64,000 nucleotides of DNA from an uncultured delta proteobacterium (GTDB lineage Bacteria > Desulfobacterota > Desulfobacteria > Desulfobacterales > B30-G6). Location: contig CAWGLD010000001.1 of NCBI GenBank assembly GCA_963823335.1, positions 1,664,001 to 1,728,000 of the forward strand. Direction: 5' to 3'. Both the position numbers and the translations under genes were made by a program. Below, piece by piece: positions 10,711 to 22,700 of this stretch; position 1 is the stretch's first letter; every line of letters begins with the position of its first letter. The notes under the pieces were generated by a model, which ran no database searches, was not told the origin of the DNA, and saw nothing but the letters and a program-made list of their open reading frames with translations.

Positions 10711-11889
10711 ATGAACGTTGTATTTCTGTCACCCCATTTTCCACCCCATTTCTTCCGGTTTTGTCTGAACCTGAAAAAAGTCGGCGCCAATGTTTTGGGT
10801 ATCGGTGACGAACCATACGGCAGCTTGTCTGCAGACGTTCGTGGTGCCCTGACCGAATATTATCAGGTCGATGATATGCACGACTATGATGCCCTGGTAC
10901 GCGCCTGTGGTTTCTTTACCCACCGCTACGGAAAAATCGACCGTGTCGACTCACTCAATGAATACTGGTTGAGCACCGAGGCCCGTTTACGGGACGATTT
11001 CAACATACTCGGTGTTCGCGGCAACGAAATTGATTTCATTCGCCGTAAATCCTATATGAAGGTCAGATTCCGCGAGGCCGGTGTGGCCGTTGCCCGGGGG
11101 CGGGTAGTCCAGCACATCGAAGATGCACGATCTCTGATACGGGAAACCGGATATCCCGTAATTGCCAAACCTGATGACGGGGTGGGTGCCATTGCAACAT
11201 ATCGACTGGACAACAACCAGGACCTCGAATCTTTTTTCAAGACCAAGCCCGACACCGACTACATTATGGAGGAATTCATAGACGGTACCATTTATTCCTT
11301 TGACGGACTGGCGGACCGCGACGGCAACCCTGTCTTTTACACAGCCCACACCTACAGCCAGGGCATCATGGAAACCGTCAATGAGGCGCGCCACGTCTAC
11401 TACTATTCACTACGGGATATTCCCGCAACGTTGGAAAAGCTCGGCCGTGAATGCCTCAGGTCTTTTAACGTGAGGGAGCGATTTTTTCACATCGAATTTT
11501 TTAAAACAGACGGCGAGTATGTGGCCCTGGAAGTCAATATACGGCCCCCGGGCGGTTATACGACCGATATGTTTAACTATGCCTGTGATATCGACATCTA
11601 CCAGACCTGGGCCGATTTGCTGGTCCACAATAAGACGGAGTTGAAGCATAACCGGGACTACCATTGCTGTTATGCCAGCCGTAAATATCGCCAGCGCTAT
11701 GCTCACACCCATGAGGATATCTTGTCACACTACGGAAAATATATCTTACAAATCGAGAGCGTTCCCGGGGTGTTCAGCAGCGCCCTGGGCGATATCGGCT
11801 ATATTTTCAGAACCGAGAGCTTGGATGAACTGTTGGAGATTGTTCAGTTTATTCATAAGTTGGAAGAAGGACATTCACGTGCACATTGA
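10711..11889 (+). CDS. ATP-grasp carboxylate-amine ligase family protein
   Basis: IAKPDDGVGA, IMEEFIDG, FFHIEFF and LEVNIRPPGG motifs. Confidence 0.85.
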   Translation: MNVVFLSPHFPPHFFRFCLNLKKVGANVLGIGDEPYGSLSADVRGALTEYYQVDDMHDYDALVRACGFFTHRYGKIDRVDSLNEYWLSTEARLRDDFNILGVRGNEIDFIRRKSYMKVRFREAGVAVARGRVVQHIEDARSLIRETGYPVIAKPDDGVGAIATYRLDNNQDLESFFKTKPDTDYIMEEFIDGTIYSFDGLADRDGNPVFYTAHTYSQGIMETVNEARHVYYYSLRDIPATLEKLGRECLRSFNVRERFFHIEFFKTDGEYVALEVNIRPPGGYTTDMFNYACDIDIYQTWADLLVHNKTELKHNRDYHCCYASRKYRQRYAHTHEDILSHYGKYILQIESVPGVFSSALGDIGYIFRTESLDELLEIVQFIHKLEEGHSRAH

Positions 11890-12625
11890 AGAACACCAAT
11901 GGTGGAGCAAGCATCTAAAGCGTGATATGGCCCTGAAGATATACGGCCATTGGGGAAAACCGTATATCGTTTTTCCCTGCTCCCGCGGCCGATATTTTGA
12001 TTATGAAGGCATGGGAATGATTGACGCTGTTGCCGGCTTTATCAACGCCGGCAAAATCAAACTGTTTTGTGTGGACAGTGTCGATGAAGATTCCTGGTAT
12101 AATTTTGCTGTTTCAGCACAGGATCGCAACACCCGGCACGAAGCCTACGACCGTTACATCGTGGAGGAGGTTATTCCTTTTATCCGCCGGCATTGCAAAT
12201 CACCCCAAGAGCGGGTGATGACCAATGGCTGCAGTATGGGCGCTTACCATGCGCTGAATTTTTTTTTAAAGCATCCGGATATCTTCCAGGGAACCATCGC
12301 CTTGAGCGGTCTCTATCGTCTGGACCGGCCCGAATTCAAACTGTCGGCGGTTGAATTGTGCGCTGTCTATTTCAACTCCCCCTTGAGCTATCTGCCCGGC
12401 ATGAATGATTCCTGGTATCTGGATCTGTATCGACAAAGCAAGATCGTTGTGTGTGTCGGCAGGGGCGCCTGGGAGGATGAGGCCATCGAAGACACTCGTT
12501 ACCTGGACTTTCTGCTCAGAGAAAAATCCATCCCGGCATGTGTCGACTACTGGGGTCATGATGTAAACCATGACTGGCCCTGGTGGTTTAAACAAATGAA
12601 TCATTTTCTGGGATTCCTTTTATAA
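11879..12625 (+). CDS. Esterase (alpha/beta hydrolase), coupled to the ATP-grasp gene
   Basis: GCSMGAYHA nucleophile elbow and HDWPWW; GTG start after GAAGGA, overlapping the upstream stop. Confidence 0.85.
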   Translation: MHIEEHQWWSKHLKRDMALKIYGHWGKPYIVFPCSRGRYFDYEGMGMIDAVAGFINAGKIKLFCVDSVDEDSWYNFAVSAQDRNTRHEAYDRYIVEEVIPFIRRHCKSPQERVMTNGCSMGAYHALNFFLKHPDIFQGTIALSGLYRLDRPEFKLSAVELCAVYFNSPLSYLPGMNDSWYLDLYRQSKIVVCVGRGAWEDEAIEDTRYLDFLLREKSIPACVDYWGHDVNHDWPWWFKQMNHFLGFLL

Positions 12626-12722
12626 GGCAACACACAGCATTGACAAAACCATTGCTTTTGGTTACATAACTCCGATGGTAGCAACCCGATTTATCTAACG
12701 ATTGGATGCAGAGGATTTGCAT

Positions 12723-15491
12723 ATGAATGATCAGGAAAAAATTATCATCAATGGAAATGCGTTTTCATTCGAACCCGGAGAAACCATTCTGGCTGTTGCC
12801 GGAAGAAATCACATCGATATCCCCACGCTATGTCACCTGAAGGGGGCCTCCCCAACGGGCAACTGCAGGATATGTGTGGTCAAAATAGAGAATGAGAAGG
12901 ATCTTTTGCCTTCCTGTGCCACCCTGGCGGAAGCCGGCATGGTGGTGCATTCGGAATCCTCGGAAGTTGTAAGGGCCCGCCGATTGATCATTCAACTCAT
13001 GCTCTCCACCGGTAATCACAACTGCGCCATCAGGGGGACCAGCAGTGACGACTGGACCCAGTTTCAGTTGAACGTCCAGCAGCATGACGACAGTTCAGAG
13101 CTTTGCCCGGTCTGGGGAGACTGCCGGTTACAGGACTTGGCCTATCGTTATCAGGTGGAGCCTGGAAGGTTTTCGGATGCGGGAACGCCCTATCCCATGG
13201 AGACGGTCAACCCGTTTATCGTCAGGGACTTTTCCCGCTGCATAAAATGCGGCCGGTGTGTTCAGGCCTGCAACGATATTCAAGTCAACAATGCCATTCA
13301 GTTCGGTTACACGGGCAGCAATTCTAAAATAATCGCTGCCGGTGATAAACCACTGAAAGATTCGGACTGTGTTTTCTGCGGCGAGTGTGTTCAGGTGTGT
13401 CCGGTGGGCGCTTTGGTGGAAAAAGACATCCGCTATCGGGTACGGCAATGGGAAACCGAAAAAGTCCGTACAACCTGTTCTTACTGCGGTGTGGGATGCC
13501 AGCTCTATCTGCATGTCAAGGACAACCGGGTTGTCAAGGTTTCCGGTGTCGAAGGCGTTCCCCCGAACTATGGCAGTCTGTGTGTCAAAGGCCGGTTTGG
13601 GTTTGATTTCATCCACTCGCCGGAGCGTTTGACCGCTCCCATGATCAAGGAGAACGGCACCTTCAGGGAAGCCACCTGGGACGAGGCCCTGGATATGGTG
13701 GCCAGGCGTTTCAGTGAAATAAGGGAAACCCACGGATCGGACAGTCTTGGTGTCCTGACCTCCGCGAGAATAACCAACGAGGAGATCTACATCACCAATA
13801 AGTTTGCACGGGCGGTGCTGAAAACAAACAACATCGATCACTGTGCCCGGCTCTGACATTCCTCGACCGTAGCCGGTCTGGCTGCAGCATTCGGAAGCGG
13901 TGCCATGACGAACACCATCAGCGACATCGAAACGGCGGACGTCATTCTGGTCACCGGATCCAACACCACAGAGAACCACCCAGTCTTGTCATCCTTCATC
14001 AAAAGGGCGGTCACCTTCAAGGGAGCCAGGCTCATCGTAGTCGATCCGCGGTTTATCCGGATTGCCAAGTTTGCCGATCACTGGTTGCGGCAAAAACTGG
14101 GGACCGATGTGGCCTGGATCAACGGCATGATGAACGTCATCATCGATGAAAATCTCTATGACCGCGCATTTGTGGAAAAGCGAACCGAGGGTTTCGAAGA
14201 ACTCAAAAAGAGTGTGGCAAAATACACACCGGCCTATGTGGAAGAGATCACCGGTATCCCCCAGGCAGACCTGGCCGATGCCGCCAGGATGTACGCAAAT
14301 GCACGCGCCGGAAGTATCTGTTATTGTATGGGCATTACCCAGCACACCTCGGGGACGGACAATGTCAAATCCCTGGCAAACCTGGCCATGCTTTGTGGCC
14401 ATATGGGGGTCGAAGGGGGTGGTGTCAATCCGTTGAGGGGTCAGAACAACGTCCAGGGCGCCTGTGACATGGGTGGACTGCCGAATGTTTTTTCGGGCTA
14501 CCAGCCGGTGGCTGATCCGGCCGTCTCAAAGAAGATGGCCGATGCCTGGGGCGTCAGCGATCTTCCGACCCAGCCGGGTCTGACCGTTACCAAAATGATC
14601 CCCAAGGCACATGACGGGGAGTTCAAAGGGTTGTATATCATCGGTGAGAACCCGCTGGTATCGGATCCAGATCTGAATCATGCCAAAAAAAGCCTCAGCA
14701 ATCTCGACTTCATGGTGGTGCAGGATATCTTCATGACCGAGACGGCCCAGCTTGCTGACGTGGTACTGCCGTCCAGGTGTTTTGCCGAAAAAGAGGGAAC
14801 CTTTACCAACAGTGAGCGGCGGGTACAGCGTGTACGCAAAGCTGTGGAAGCGCCGGGCCAGGCCATGGACGACTGGAAGATCACCACGGAAATTGCCGCG
14901 CGTATGGGGGTTGCCATGGCTTACGGCGATAGCCGGGAGATCATGGCAGAACTGGCTGCCGTGACGCCGTCTTATGCCGGGATCGACTATGAGCGGATAG
15001 ATTTCGAGGGCATTCACTGGCCCTGCCCCACCAAGGAACACCCTGGGACACCCATCCTTCACCGGGAGCAGTTTACGCGGGGCAAGGGTCTTTTTCACGC
15101 CATCGATTACAGGGAGCCGGCCGAAAACACCGACACGGAATACCCCCTGTTCCTGACGACCGGTCGCCTCCTGTACCACTATCATACCGGGACCATGACC
15201 ATGAAATCAGAGGGGCTCAATGAAAGGGCTCCGGTCTGTTTTGTGGAAATTTCAGCCGATGACGCCCAGACCTATGACCTTGAAGACGGTTCCATGGTCA
15301 AGGTTGAATCCCGGCGGGGCGACATCCGTGCCGCCATCAAAATATCTGACATGGCAGTGGCCGGAACTGTTTTCATCCCCTTTCATTTTGCCCAGGCCGC
15401 TGCTAACAAGCTCACGAATGCGGCCCTGGATCCTGTATCGGGGATTCCGGAGTATAAGGTGTGTGCGGTGAAGATCTCCAAGGCAGCGTAA
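12723..15491 (+). CDS. fdhA: Selenocysteine-containing formate dehydrogenase alpha subunit with N-terminal NuoG-like Fe-S domains (Sec378)
   Basis: Two in-frame ORFs joined by TGA 13854-13856, giving [26 protein letters not shown] (canonical FDH active site); PLRGQNNVQG. Confidence 0.95.
13869..13885 (+). promoter_or_regulatory. SECIS-like hairpin of fdhA
   Basis: GUAGCC-GGUCU-GGCUGC starting 12 nt after the UGA; loop resembles the E. coli fdhF SECIS (GGUCU). Confidence 0.8.
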
Positions 15492-15503
15492 CTGTCTTGG
15501 AGA

Positions 15504-15685
15504 TAGGGTTGGAGGTTTGAAGGGTATGAGGGTTGGAGGGTAGCAATTAGCTGTAAGCCATTCCCTCAATTCGTTAGATCTATCTGTAAAAACAAAAAGC
15601 CCTAAACGGTAGGCGCTAACAGCTTACTGCTTAGGGCTTTTTCTTTTGAAATATTACCCTCAGACCCTTCAAACCTCCACCCCTA
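15504..15685. repeat. About 30-bp G-rich octamer inverted repeat pair flanking a terminator
   Basis: AGGGTTGGAGGTTTGAAGGGTATGAGGGT at 15505 and its near-perfect reverse complement at 15655-15685. Confidence 0.8.
15593..15645. terminator. Bidirectional intrinsic terminator between fdhA and the OMP gene
   Basis: AAAAAGCCCTAA...TTAGGGCTTTTTCTTTT between convergent genes. Confidence 0.7.
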
Positions 15686-15689
15686 TTTT

Positions 15690-16232
15690 CTACTCTGTCT
15701 CCTGGGGTTTCTTCACGGTTGGTGACAGGAAGTCAAAATAGTAATGGATTCCGGCACCGATGAAGGAATCAGCCATGGTTCCAAAGGACGTGTCGTCATC
15801 ATAGTCCATCATGGTAAGACCGACCTCGGTTGAAAATCCGAGATTGGGCAGGCCGCTGAAAAAATATTCTAGCCCGATGCCGATGCTGAGCCATTTGGCC
15901 GTCTCGGTGCTGCCTTTATCCGGATCGACACGGGCAAATCCCAAACCCATAATGCCATCCACGTGAAGATTCTCTTCATCTTTTATTTTGAAGTATACCT
16001 TGCCACCCACGTCCGTTTCACTGGGCCCATCGGAGTAATTGAATCCCAGAAGAGCCTGGACGGCGAGTTCATTGTTGATCCAGTATTTCACGGACAGTGA
16101 GTCCAAATCCTCTGGACTGAATTGAGAGTTAAAACCGACCCCCAGATTACCTTTCAACTCTTTTGCAAGAGCAGGACACGCAAGAACACCGAGTATAAGT
16201 ATGAACACGCATAATGTCTTAATTGTTTTCAT
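15690..16232 (-). CDS. Small outer-membrane beta-barrel protein
   Basis: Signal peptide ending ALA; alternating beta strands; GAGIHYYF near the C-terminus. Confidence 0.7.
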   Translation of the reverse strand: MKTIKTLCVFILILGVLACPALAKELKGNLGVGFNSQFSPEDLDSLSVKYWINNELAVQALLGFNYSDGPSETDVGGKVYFKIKDEENLHVDGIMGLGFARVDPDKGSTETAKWLSIGIGLEYFFSGLPNLGFSTEVGLTMMDYDDDTSFGTMADSFIGAGIHYYFDFLSPTVKKPQETE

Positions 16233-16262
16233 GATGCTCCTTTCATAAAAGCGATACTTTTA

Positions 16263-16313
16263 TTGAAGAACCCCGCAGCAAGCTACGAGGAATGCGCTCG
16301 CTATTGCGGTTCA
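16263..16313 (+). repeat. Short hairpin repeat family B (IS200/IS605-end or REP-like), copy 1
   Basis: TTGAAGAACCCCGCAGCAAGCTACGAGGAATGCGCTCGCTATTGCGGTTCA; related copies at 39837-39911 and 40748-40776. Confidence 0.7.
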
Positions 16314-16345
16314 GGGCCGGGCCCTCTGGATCCGGGTATCTACTG

Positions 16346-17290
16346 TTAAACCTTCGGGCGCGGCAGGACCTTTGCCTGCTCGGCAATTTCCGGGACTTTG
16401 TGCTCCCACTCGATGGCCATGAGATGAACGCCGGCAACCCCTTTCATCTCCTTGAACTCCTCGATCTGCTCACAGGCGGCCTTGATGCCTTCTGCCGCGA
16501 CCTTTCCTTTTTCAGCTCCCTGGAGTCGTTTGATAACCTCGTCCGGTACATCCATCCCAGGCACCTTGCTCTTCATATACTTGGCCATACCGACACTCTT
16601 CATGGGTGTGACACCTGCCAGGATGTAGACTTTTTCAGTCAAGCCCATATCGTTGGCCCGCTTGATGAATTCTCTGAATTTATCCATGTTGTAGATGCAC
16701 TGGGTCTGGATGAAATCGACACCGGCACTGATCTTCTTGGCCAGTCTGTGAACGCGCCACTCAAAAGGGTCGGCAAACGGGTTGGCAGCCGCACCGATAA
16801 ACATCTTGGGGGCGATTTCCAGGTCGGCACCACCCAAGAATTTGCTTTCGTCACGCATTTTTTTGACCATGCCGATGAGTTGGATGGAATCGATATCAAA
16901 AACACCTTTTGCCTGGGGATGGTCGCCGAATTTTTGATGGTCGCCGGAGAGGCACAGCATGTTCTTGATACCGTGGGCTGAAGCCCCCAGGATGTCGGAC
17001 TGCATGGCCAGACGATTCCGGTCGCGGCATACCATTTGAAAATTGGGTTCCAGACCCTCCTGCATGATCAGAAGACTGGCTGCCCAGCTGGACATCCGTA
17101 CCATGGCCGTCTGGTTGTCGGTAATGTTGACCGCGTCCACCACTCCTTTCAGGTGTTTCGCTTTTTCCCTTACTTCCTCGGCATTGGAACCCCGCGGCGG
17201 ACCAAGTTCGCCTGTAAATGCAAAATGACCGGCCCGCAAGATTTTTTCCAAGTTACTTCCTGATTTGAAACCGTTTTCCTCTGTGCTCAT
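16346..17290 (-). CDS. metF: Methylenetetrahydrofolate reductase catalytic subunit
   Basis: NITDNQ, CRDRNR, LSGD, FIQTQ and GVHLMAI motifs. Confidence 0.92.
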   Translation of the reverse strand: MSTEENGFKSGSNLEKILRAGHFAFTGELGPPRGSNAEEVREKAKHLKGVVDAVNITDNQTAMVRMSSWAASLLIMQEGLEPNFQMVCRDRNRLAMQSDILGASAHGIKNMLCLSGDHQKFGDHPQAKGVFDIDSIQLIGMVKKMRDESKFLGGADLEIAPKMFIGAAANPFADPFEWRVHRLAKKISAGVDFIQTQCIYNMDKFREFIKRANDMGLTEKVYILAGVTPMKSVGMAKYMKSKVPGMDVPDEVIKRLQGAEKGKVAAEGIKAACEQIEEFKEMKGVAGVHLMAIEWEHKVPEIAEQAKVLPRPKV

Positions 17291-17344
17291 ATGCATCACC
17301 TTATGTCAGATAAATGGTCATCCCTTTAAATGTGTTATGCGATT

Positions 17345-18025
17345 CTATTTTGTGTTGGCTTTCTCAGGTTTTTTATATCCCGGCTGGATCAACGTCCTGG
17401 GAACCTGGTCGTTCCATCCCACAGGCTCCTTGATACTGAGAATACAATCAAGGCGATCCTGAGTTGCCAGACGTTCGTAGATTCTGAACCAGGCACAGGG
17501 CTGATCGTCACTGATTTCACAGTTGCCGTCATTGGTTCCGCCACAGGGGCCGTTGTAAAGACCCTTGGCGCACATGGTAACGGGACAGATACCGCCCGTC
17601 ATTCCCAGAACACATTCACCGCAGGATCGGCAGCGTTCCTCGTACCATCCTACTGCCAGGTTGGCGGACATGCCGGTGGTATCCACCGCCGGGTAGACGG
17701 GGATACCCGGAAAACGTTCCGCTAAAAACTGGATACCGACCCCGCAGGCCATGGACAGAATGGCATCGTAATTCTTGGCAATGGGGTCGAAGGGCTCCAG
17801 GTATTCCACATCACACTGCCGTTCCACGGTGATGGTGCCGGTTTCCAGAGGCTTGTTTTCAAGTCTTCTGGCCATGTCGAGCTCTGCATTCAGGACATCG
17901 ACTTCCTTTTCGCCGCCCGCAAGGCAGACGGCCACACAGGTTCCGCACCCGGCGATGAGGACCTTTTTATGCCCTTTGAGCAGTTCTTTTATCTCGTCAA
18001 ACGGTTTCCTTTTGGCGACTATCAT
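17345..18025 (-). CDS. metV: Methylene-THF reductase Fe-S subunit MetV
   Basis: GCGTC, ACGVG, CRSCGEC, CPVTMCAKGLYNGPCGG and CAW motifs; directly upstream of metF. Confidence 0.9.
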   Translation of the reverse strand: MIVAKRKPFDEIKELLKGHKKVLIAGCGTCVAVCLAGGEKEVDVLNAELDMARRLENKPLETGTITVERQCDVEYLEPFDPIAKNYDAILSMACGVGIQFLAERFPGIPVYPAVDTTGMSANLAVGWYEERCRSCGECVLGMTGGICPVTMCAKGLYNGPCGGTNDGNCEISDDQPCAWFRIYERLATQDRLDCILSIKEPVGWNDQVPRTLIQPGYKKPEKANTK

Positions 18026-18033
18026 GTTTCCTC

Positions 18034-19353
18034 CTACATCTCCGATTCGGGATGAAATACGTCGACATCCTTTAGATCATCTCCCAGATAAGCCCGTTCG
18101 TTGGGTCCCAGGATGCCCAGGGAGAGGCAGATCAGGGTCCATAGGTGAACCGTTTCCCAGGCATGGTCGCGTTGATCCGCCAGATCGTGGACCTGGGCGT
18201 GGCAGTTGTGACACGGCGTGATGCAGTAACTAGCCTGGGTGGCCAGGATCTGGTCAGCCTTGCATTTTCCATAGGCGCGGCGCTCTTCCGGGTATCCGGA
18301 TTGGAGGAACCCGCCTCCACCACCGCAGCAGTAATTATTCGAGCGATTCGGGTACATTTCGACGAAATTCTCTTCACCCACCACGGCTTTGACCACGTAG
18401 CGCAGATCCTCGGCAACAGGGTCCCCAAAGGATTTCCGCACCAGCTGACACGGGTCCTGTACCGTAAATTTGACCTGGCGTTCCCGGTTCCACTCGGAAC
18501 TGACCTTGAGTTTGCCATCGCGAATCCATTCGGCGTAGTATTGAATGATGCTCTTGATTTCGAAGTTGAAATCTATCTTGAATTTTTTCAGTCCGGCCCG
18601 GACTGCGAAAAGTTCGTGCCCTCACTCGGTATTGAGCCAGACCGCGCACCCGAGATCCTGCACCGCTTTTGCTTTTATACGCACGATTTTTTCCCAGTTT
18701 TCGTTGTCGGCCATGAACATACAATAGTTTTCGGCCGCCCAGCCCTTGGTCCCGTAAGTCCAATCAGCCCCGACAAGATTGAGGATTTTCCATAAGGGCA
18801 CCATTTCATCCGGTTCCGTGACCGGTTCGCGGGAGTTCTGGTTCAGAAAAAATTTAGCTCCTTTCTTGTTGACAGGTGCCTGCATGTCCTTGAACTCCGG
18901 TTGGCTTTCCTGATACTCTTCAAGCACATCCTCCACCACGAACTGGAAGTCTTCTTCCGTGGCACCCATGGCGCTGCAGGTGTCGTTACGAAGTGCCATA
19001 TCACAGGACCCCACAATTCCCTTGGGGCGCTTCTCTCTCGGCCAGGATCCCCGAGCATTGAAAACGAGCTGGGGAATGTCTATTTTCATGGGACAGACAT
19101 AGATGCAGCGTTGGCACATGCTGCACCACCACGGCCATTCAGACTTCAGAATTTCTTCATCCATTCCGAGTGCCGCCATACGTAAAAATTTACGGGGGTC
19201 CATGCCCCCGATTCCCGTGGCAGGGCATCCCGAAGAGCAGGCACCGCAGGTCAGACAAAGATTCAGGTTTCCTCCTTCAGGGAGTAGATCCTTTACCTTG
19301 TCCAGAAAGATGCTCTTCTTTTTCCCGCCAAGTTTAATTGCTTCTTCAGCCAT
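18034..19353 (-). CDS. HdrD-like (Fe-S plus CCG domain) oxidoreductase, selenoprotein (Sec244)
   Basis: TGA at 18622-18624 read through in frame gives WLNTE-U-GHELF (family motif ECGH), continuing to QDPC, CCGGGGG and PCHNC; hairpin CAGUCCG-GGC-CGGACUG at 18589-18605. Confidence 0.88.
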
Positions 19354-19368
19354 GTTCGTTCCTCCGTT

Positions 19369-19791
19369 TTAGGCTTTCCCCGATTCCTTTAATGGATTGG
19401 GTCCCATCGCCTTGATATTTTCTGTCATTTCCTTGGCGTAGGCCGCAAAGGTCGGTCCTTCGCCAGAAGAAAGATTATACATTCTAACCCTGTCCGCTTC
19501 AAGGCCTATTTCCTCCAGGAGCATGCGTACGTGCTCGACCCGTTCACGGGCCCTGAAATTACCTTCGTTGTAGTGACAGGACCCTTCCAGGCAACCCACC
19601 ACATAAACACCGTCCGCCCCCTTCTGGATTGATCTGAGGAGGTACATGACATCCACTTTTCCGGTACAGGGTACGCGGATTATCTTGATGTTTGCCGGAT
19701 AGTCGAGCCGCATGGAACCTGCCAGGTCCGCTGCCGAATATCCTCAATAATCACAACAAAATGCGATAATCGTCGGTTCAAATTCCGTCAT
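19369..19791 (-). CDS. mvhD: MvhD/FlpD [2Fe-2S] subunit, selenoprotein (Sec16)
   Basis: ATG 19791 overlaps the hdrL stop (TAATG); [25 protein letters not shown] with TGA at 19744-19746; RVPCTGKV and GCLEGSCHY. Confidence 0.9.
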
Positions 19792-22700
19792 TATAGGCCT
19801 CCTGCCAGTAGCGCGTCTATTTTACAGAGAATCTGGTCGTCTTCATAATAATTCAAGCTGATGGCCTGACGCGGGCAAACCGAGGCACAGACGCCGCAGC
19901 CGTGACACATGGCTTCGTCGATGACGATTTCTCCTTTTTCGATATCGAACTTGGGCACGTCAAAGGGACACGAGCGGACACAGGTCAGGCATTTGACGCA
20001 GTGTTCCACATCCACCTTGGCCGTGATGGCCGACAGCTTGATTTCATCTTTTGAAAGAAAGGTCATGGCCCTGGAGGCGGCAGCCTGGGCCTGGGCAATG
20101 GTTTCGGATATCAATTTTGGCGCATGGGCGGTACCGCACAGGAAGGTGGCATCGCTTCCCATGTCCACAGGTCTGAGTTTTACGTGGGCTTCAATGAAAA
20201 AACCCTCGGGATTCCGGTTCAGTTTCATGGTCTGGCTCAGTTCTTCCGTGTCGGCAGCTGCAACCCCGGCGCTGAGCACCAGCAGATCCGAGCGGATCTG
20301 GATCGGTAGCTGGAGCACGTGATCTTTGACGGTAACCAGCAGACCATCGTCAGTGGCTGTGACCTCGGGTGGTTGGTCCTTTTCGAAGCGAACGAAGATG
20401 ACGCCTTTTTGCCTGGCTTTGGTGTAATAATCCTCCAGCAATCCATATGTCCGCATGTCTCGATACAGGATAAATACCTGGGTATCGGGGCTGGCCTCCT
20501 TGATGGCCAGCGCATTCTTAACGGCCGATTGGCAGCAGATTCTAGAACAGTTGGGGTTTTCTTCGTTCCGCGAGCCCACACACTGGATCATGGTGACGCA
20601 CTCTAGCTTTTCAGCACCCTCGTTATGGAGGTGGTCTGTCAGTTCCACCTGGGTTTTGACACGCTCGTCCGTGCCGTAGAGATATTCCTTGGGTTCATAT
20701 TCATTGGCGCCGGTGGCCACCAGGATGACGCCATGTTCGATGACCCTGGGTTCCCGCATTGGGCCGACACCGATTTCGGTGGCGAAGTTACCCTGGAAAC
20801 CGTCAGAGGACATCACGACGGCGTTCGTCACGATGTCGATATTTTCCCGGGCGTTCACGGTTTCGATGAGTTCTTTTAAATAGTGCTGAATGTCTGCACC
20901 TTCGATGGTATGGTGGAGCCTGCGCGCCATTCCTCCCAGTTCGGGTCCTTTTTCGAGGAGGGTTACGGGAAGACCCTGTTTACTGATATTCAGGGCGGCA
21001 TTCATACCGGCGATACCACCGCCTATCACCAGGGCACGCTTGTTGACGCCGATAATTTTTTCCTTCAGCGGTCTCAGACGACTGGCGCGTGCCACGGCCA
21101 TCCGTACCAGATCCTTCGCCTTCTGGGTGGCGATGTCGGGATTGTTTGCATGTACCCAGGAGTTGTGATTACGGATGTTGGCCATCTCGAAGAGGTATTT
21201 ATTGAGGCCGCAGGCTTCCAGGGTTTCCATAAACATGGGCGCATGTGTTTTGGGGCTGCACGATGCCACCACCACCCGGTTCAGTTTTTCTTCCTTGATC
21301 TTTTTCTTGATGTCTTCCTGGGTATCCTGACTGCAGGTAAATAGGTTGTTATCCGTGTATACGACGTCGGGCAGGGTGGCGGCATAGGCCTGGACACCCG
21401 GTACGTCCACCACACCGCCGATGTTGATACCGCAGTTGCACACAAAGACACCGATTCTGGGTTCTTCCTCGCTGACGTCGAGTTCTTCGATCAGGGCGAT
21501 CTTTTTGATGTGCTTGCCTCTGGCTTCCGCAATATCCATACCGGCGGCACTTGCGGCAGCGCTGGCTTCCGTGACAGACGAGGGAATATCCTTGGGTCCC
21601 TGGAAGATGCCACAGGTGTAAACACCGGGTCGCGACGTTGCAACCGGTGTAAAGGGATCCGTGTTCACAAAATTGTAATGATTGAGGTCAATTTCGAGTC
21701 GTCTGGCAAGTTCGACGGATGCTTCGCCGACCTGCAGCCCCACGGACAGTACCAGCATGTCGAAAATCTCTTCCTGCATCTGCCCGGATTCATCCGCAAA
21801 GGTCACTTTCAGATTGCGGCTTTCAGGATCGTCGGCTATGGTGTGTACCCGGGCTTTGACAAAGCGCACCCCCTCCCTGTTTTTGGCCCGATCGTAGTAT
21901 TTTTCATAATCCTTGCCAAACGTGCGAATATCCATGTAGAAAACAGTGCAGTCCAGATCCTCTCCGGCGTGCTCCTTGGCGATCATGGCATCCTTGACGG
22001 CGTACATGCAGCAAACCGAGCTGCAGTAGCCATTACCGCAGCGGTTGGTGTCACGCGAGCCCACGCATTGCAGCCAGGCAATATTTTTGGGTTCTTTCTC
22101 GTCCGAGGGTCTTACAAGATGACCCATGGTCGGTCCGGAAGCGCTCAATATGCGTTCAAATTCCAGACTGGTCATGACATTCGGGTTGACACCGTAGTGA
22201 TAGAATTCCTTCAGACCGCTGGGGTCGTACAGGTCTGTTCCAGAGGAAAGAATGACCGAGCCGACCTTGATTTCTTTGTCTACCGGTGTCTGGTCATGGT
22301 CCACCGCTTCTGCCAGACAGGCCTTGACGCACTGGTAGCATTCCGAGCAGATACCGCATTCCAGGCATCGCTGGGCTTCGGTTTTTGCTTCGGTTTCATC
22401 ATAACCGAATGAGACTTCCAGAAAATTACATTCCCGGGCTTCGGGGGCCAGGCAGCGCACAGGCGTGCGGGCTTTTTTAGGCTCGTTTTCTAGATCGGGT
22501 TTTTCAAATTCCCAGTTCTTTTCACGGTCTGCTGCCAGGTCCTGGCCGTTCAGAAAGCGGTGAATGCTCTCGGCGGCTTCTTTACCGCAGGAGACGGCAT
22601 CCACCACGGATTTGGGGCCATAGAAGGCATCACCACCGGCAAAAACCCAATCGATCCCTGTCTGGAGAGTCAAGGGATCCGCTTCGAGTCCACCTCTGGG

